From: Camelus ferus
Taxonomy: Eukaryota
Reading direction: 5' to 3'
Assembly: GCF_009834535.1 (NCBI RefSeq)
Contig: NC_045707.1
Span: 56,112,001-56,176,000, forward strand
Length of the DNA: 64,000 nt
Below, piece after piece: positions 62,553 to 64,000 of the stretch; within the stretch, counting starts at the first letter, position 1; every line of letters starts with the position of its first letter. The position numbers and the translations under genes are program-made. Below the pieces are notes generated by a model. The model saw nothing but the letters and a program-made list of their open reading frames with translations, was not told the origin of the DNA and did not search any database.

Positions 62553-64000
62553 CAAAAAAAGAAACTGTAAAATTGAACAAAAAATAAAGTCAGTATTTCC
62601 TGTAGGTCTCTCCCCCCACACCCCCACAACTCCACATGGACCTTGAAGCAGTAGACGGCTTCTGGTGACTTTGCTTATCTCTGCTTGGACCTACTCTGTG
62701 TTGGGATCAAAACACCTCAGCACTCAAATTCTTGGGACCACCTTGCCACAGCCCTCAGAACTAACCACAAAGGAAAATGTGGCTGGATCTGTACTTGATT
62801 CTTGCCACAGGCATTTGCAATACTACTGCATTTGCCTTGAAGAATTGAAAGGCTTTTCAAAAAAAAGAAACAACTTTGTTTATGCTCCTCTTCTATTATT
62901 CCCAAAACATATATGTAAGAAAAATTGAAAATGGGAACAGATTTGACAGTCTCCTACCTGTCTTTCCTTAGATGGGAAAATTAAACTTTGACATGTTCTT
63001 TGCATGTGGCCAAAAGCACGACATTCAGCTTCCTGTGCTTTCTCTTAGGTCCTGGAATCTCTTATCTCCACTGCGGTCCTCGTGAGCTCTCTGCTTGCCA
63101 ACTCTGATCGCTCCCTCCCTCCTTTTTGCACAGGTTGAGCCTGGGAAATCTAGTGGTCTTCATTTTCACTCCAAATACAAGGCTATTTCTCTAAGGAAAC
63201 GTTTTTTACCAAGTATGCTAGCCTTATCAATCTGATGCTTCTCAGAGTGCAAGGGCTTGCCGTGGGCCAGGTGTAGGTCATGGTAATAGAATTCTCCTTT
63301 ACTTGGGGGCCTTGGACCACTGGCCCCTGAATGAAGCATTTCTGACTACATGCATATCTTGAAAAATCTACATCTATAGTAACACTGCAGCCAAAGAACC
63401 AACATACGATTTATTGCTATAAAATGGGATGCCCAAAACTAAAACCCACAACAAAAACCAGTGGCTTTGTGGTCTCAGTAAGGGCACTGTCAGAAGGAAG
63501 AACTGTTGCTATTAAAAAATTATAGGAAAAGCAGAGACATTAATTTTGCATGTCTTTTATGACTGTGTTTACAATCTGTTATGTTTTAGATAAAGGTCTA
63601 GAAAAGATTTCTCTTCATTTGTGCGCAGCTTAGTTTCAGTGTGCTCCTCCAGGGAAAAAGAATAAGGAAAAATCAAACAAATATGTTTGTGCATAAGGAA
63701 CAAATAATTTGGTTGCCAAAGGGAAATTTCATTAGGTTGAAAGTTATTCTCTAGAAATAGTTTTTGTGAAATCAGGGTTTGCTTTTTCTCTCCTTCAAAA
63801 TTTCTTTGATCTTCTACTTTGTCATTTGTGGAAAAGCTCAATGTCATGAAAAGTATCAAAATATATAATCATTAAAAGCCTTGAGTTCTGAAACAAAACA
63901 TATGTAAAATATCAGGAATTCAAGTTCTTAAAAAAATACCTAATGTATCCAAAAATCAAAGCAGTCTGTTATATCATTAAAATAAAGGCAAAAAGAGCAA

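Noticed and set aside
1..64000. A novel multi-gene or prokaryote-type system
   Set aside because: Coding density is near zero, and the ORF track is explained by repeats and chance; the window is ordinary mammalian intron, promoter and intergenic DNA.

Overview
Mammalian genomic DNA, most likely camelid, judged from two copies of the Vic-1-type tRNA-Ala-derived SINE plus cetartiodactyl-type L1 3' ends. The only protein-coding sequence I can support is coding exon 1 of TMTC2 on the minus strand (39182-39100, MIAELVSSALGLALYLNTLSADFCYDDS, phase-2 GT donor), inside a CpG-island promoter (~38700-40600). Positions 1-39099 are the 5' part of the long TMTC2 intron 1; exon 2 is not in the window. Positions ~40600-64000 are upstream intergenic DNA. 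The rest is a normal mix of L1, L2, MIR, MaLR LTRs, hAT-Charlie MITEs and microsatellites. Repeat families were recognised by eye, so their boundaries and subfamilies are approximate. I found no prokaryote-like system, CRISPR array or intact retroelement ORF. The best leads are all hypotheses from sequence only: (1) an ATF4-like 5' leader with two tiny strong-Kozak uORFs plus an out-of-frame uORF overlapping the TMTC2 start, whose peptide looks like it has a signal sequence; (2) a coherent spliced divergent transcript model on the plus strand; (3) a possible TATA-driven, in-phase alternative first exon ~11 kb upstream; (4) an inverted SINE pair in the intron that could form dsRNA.
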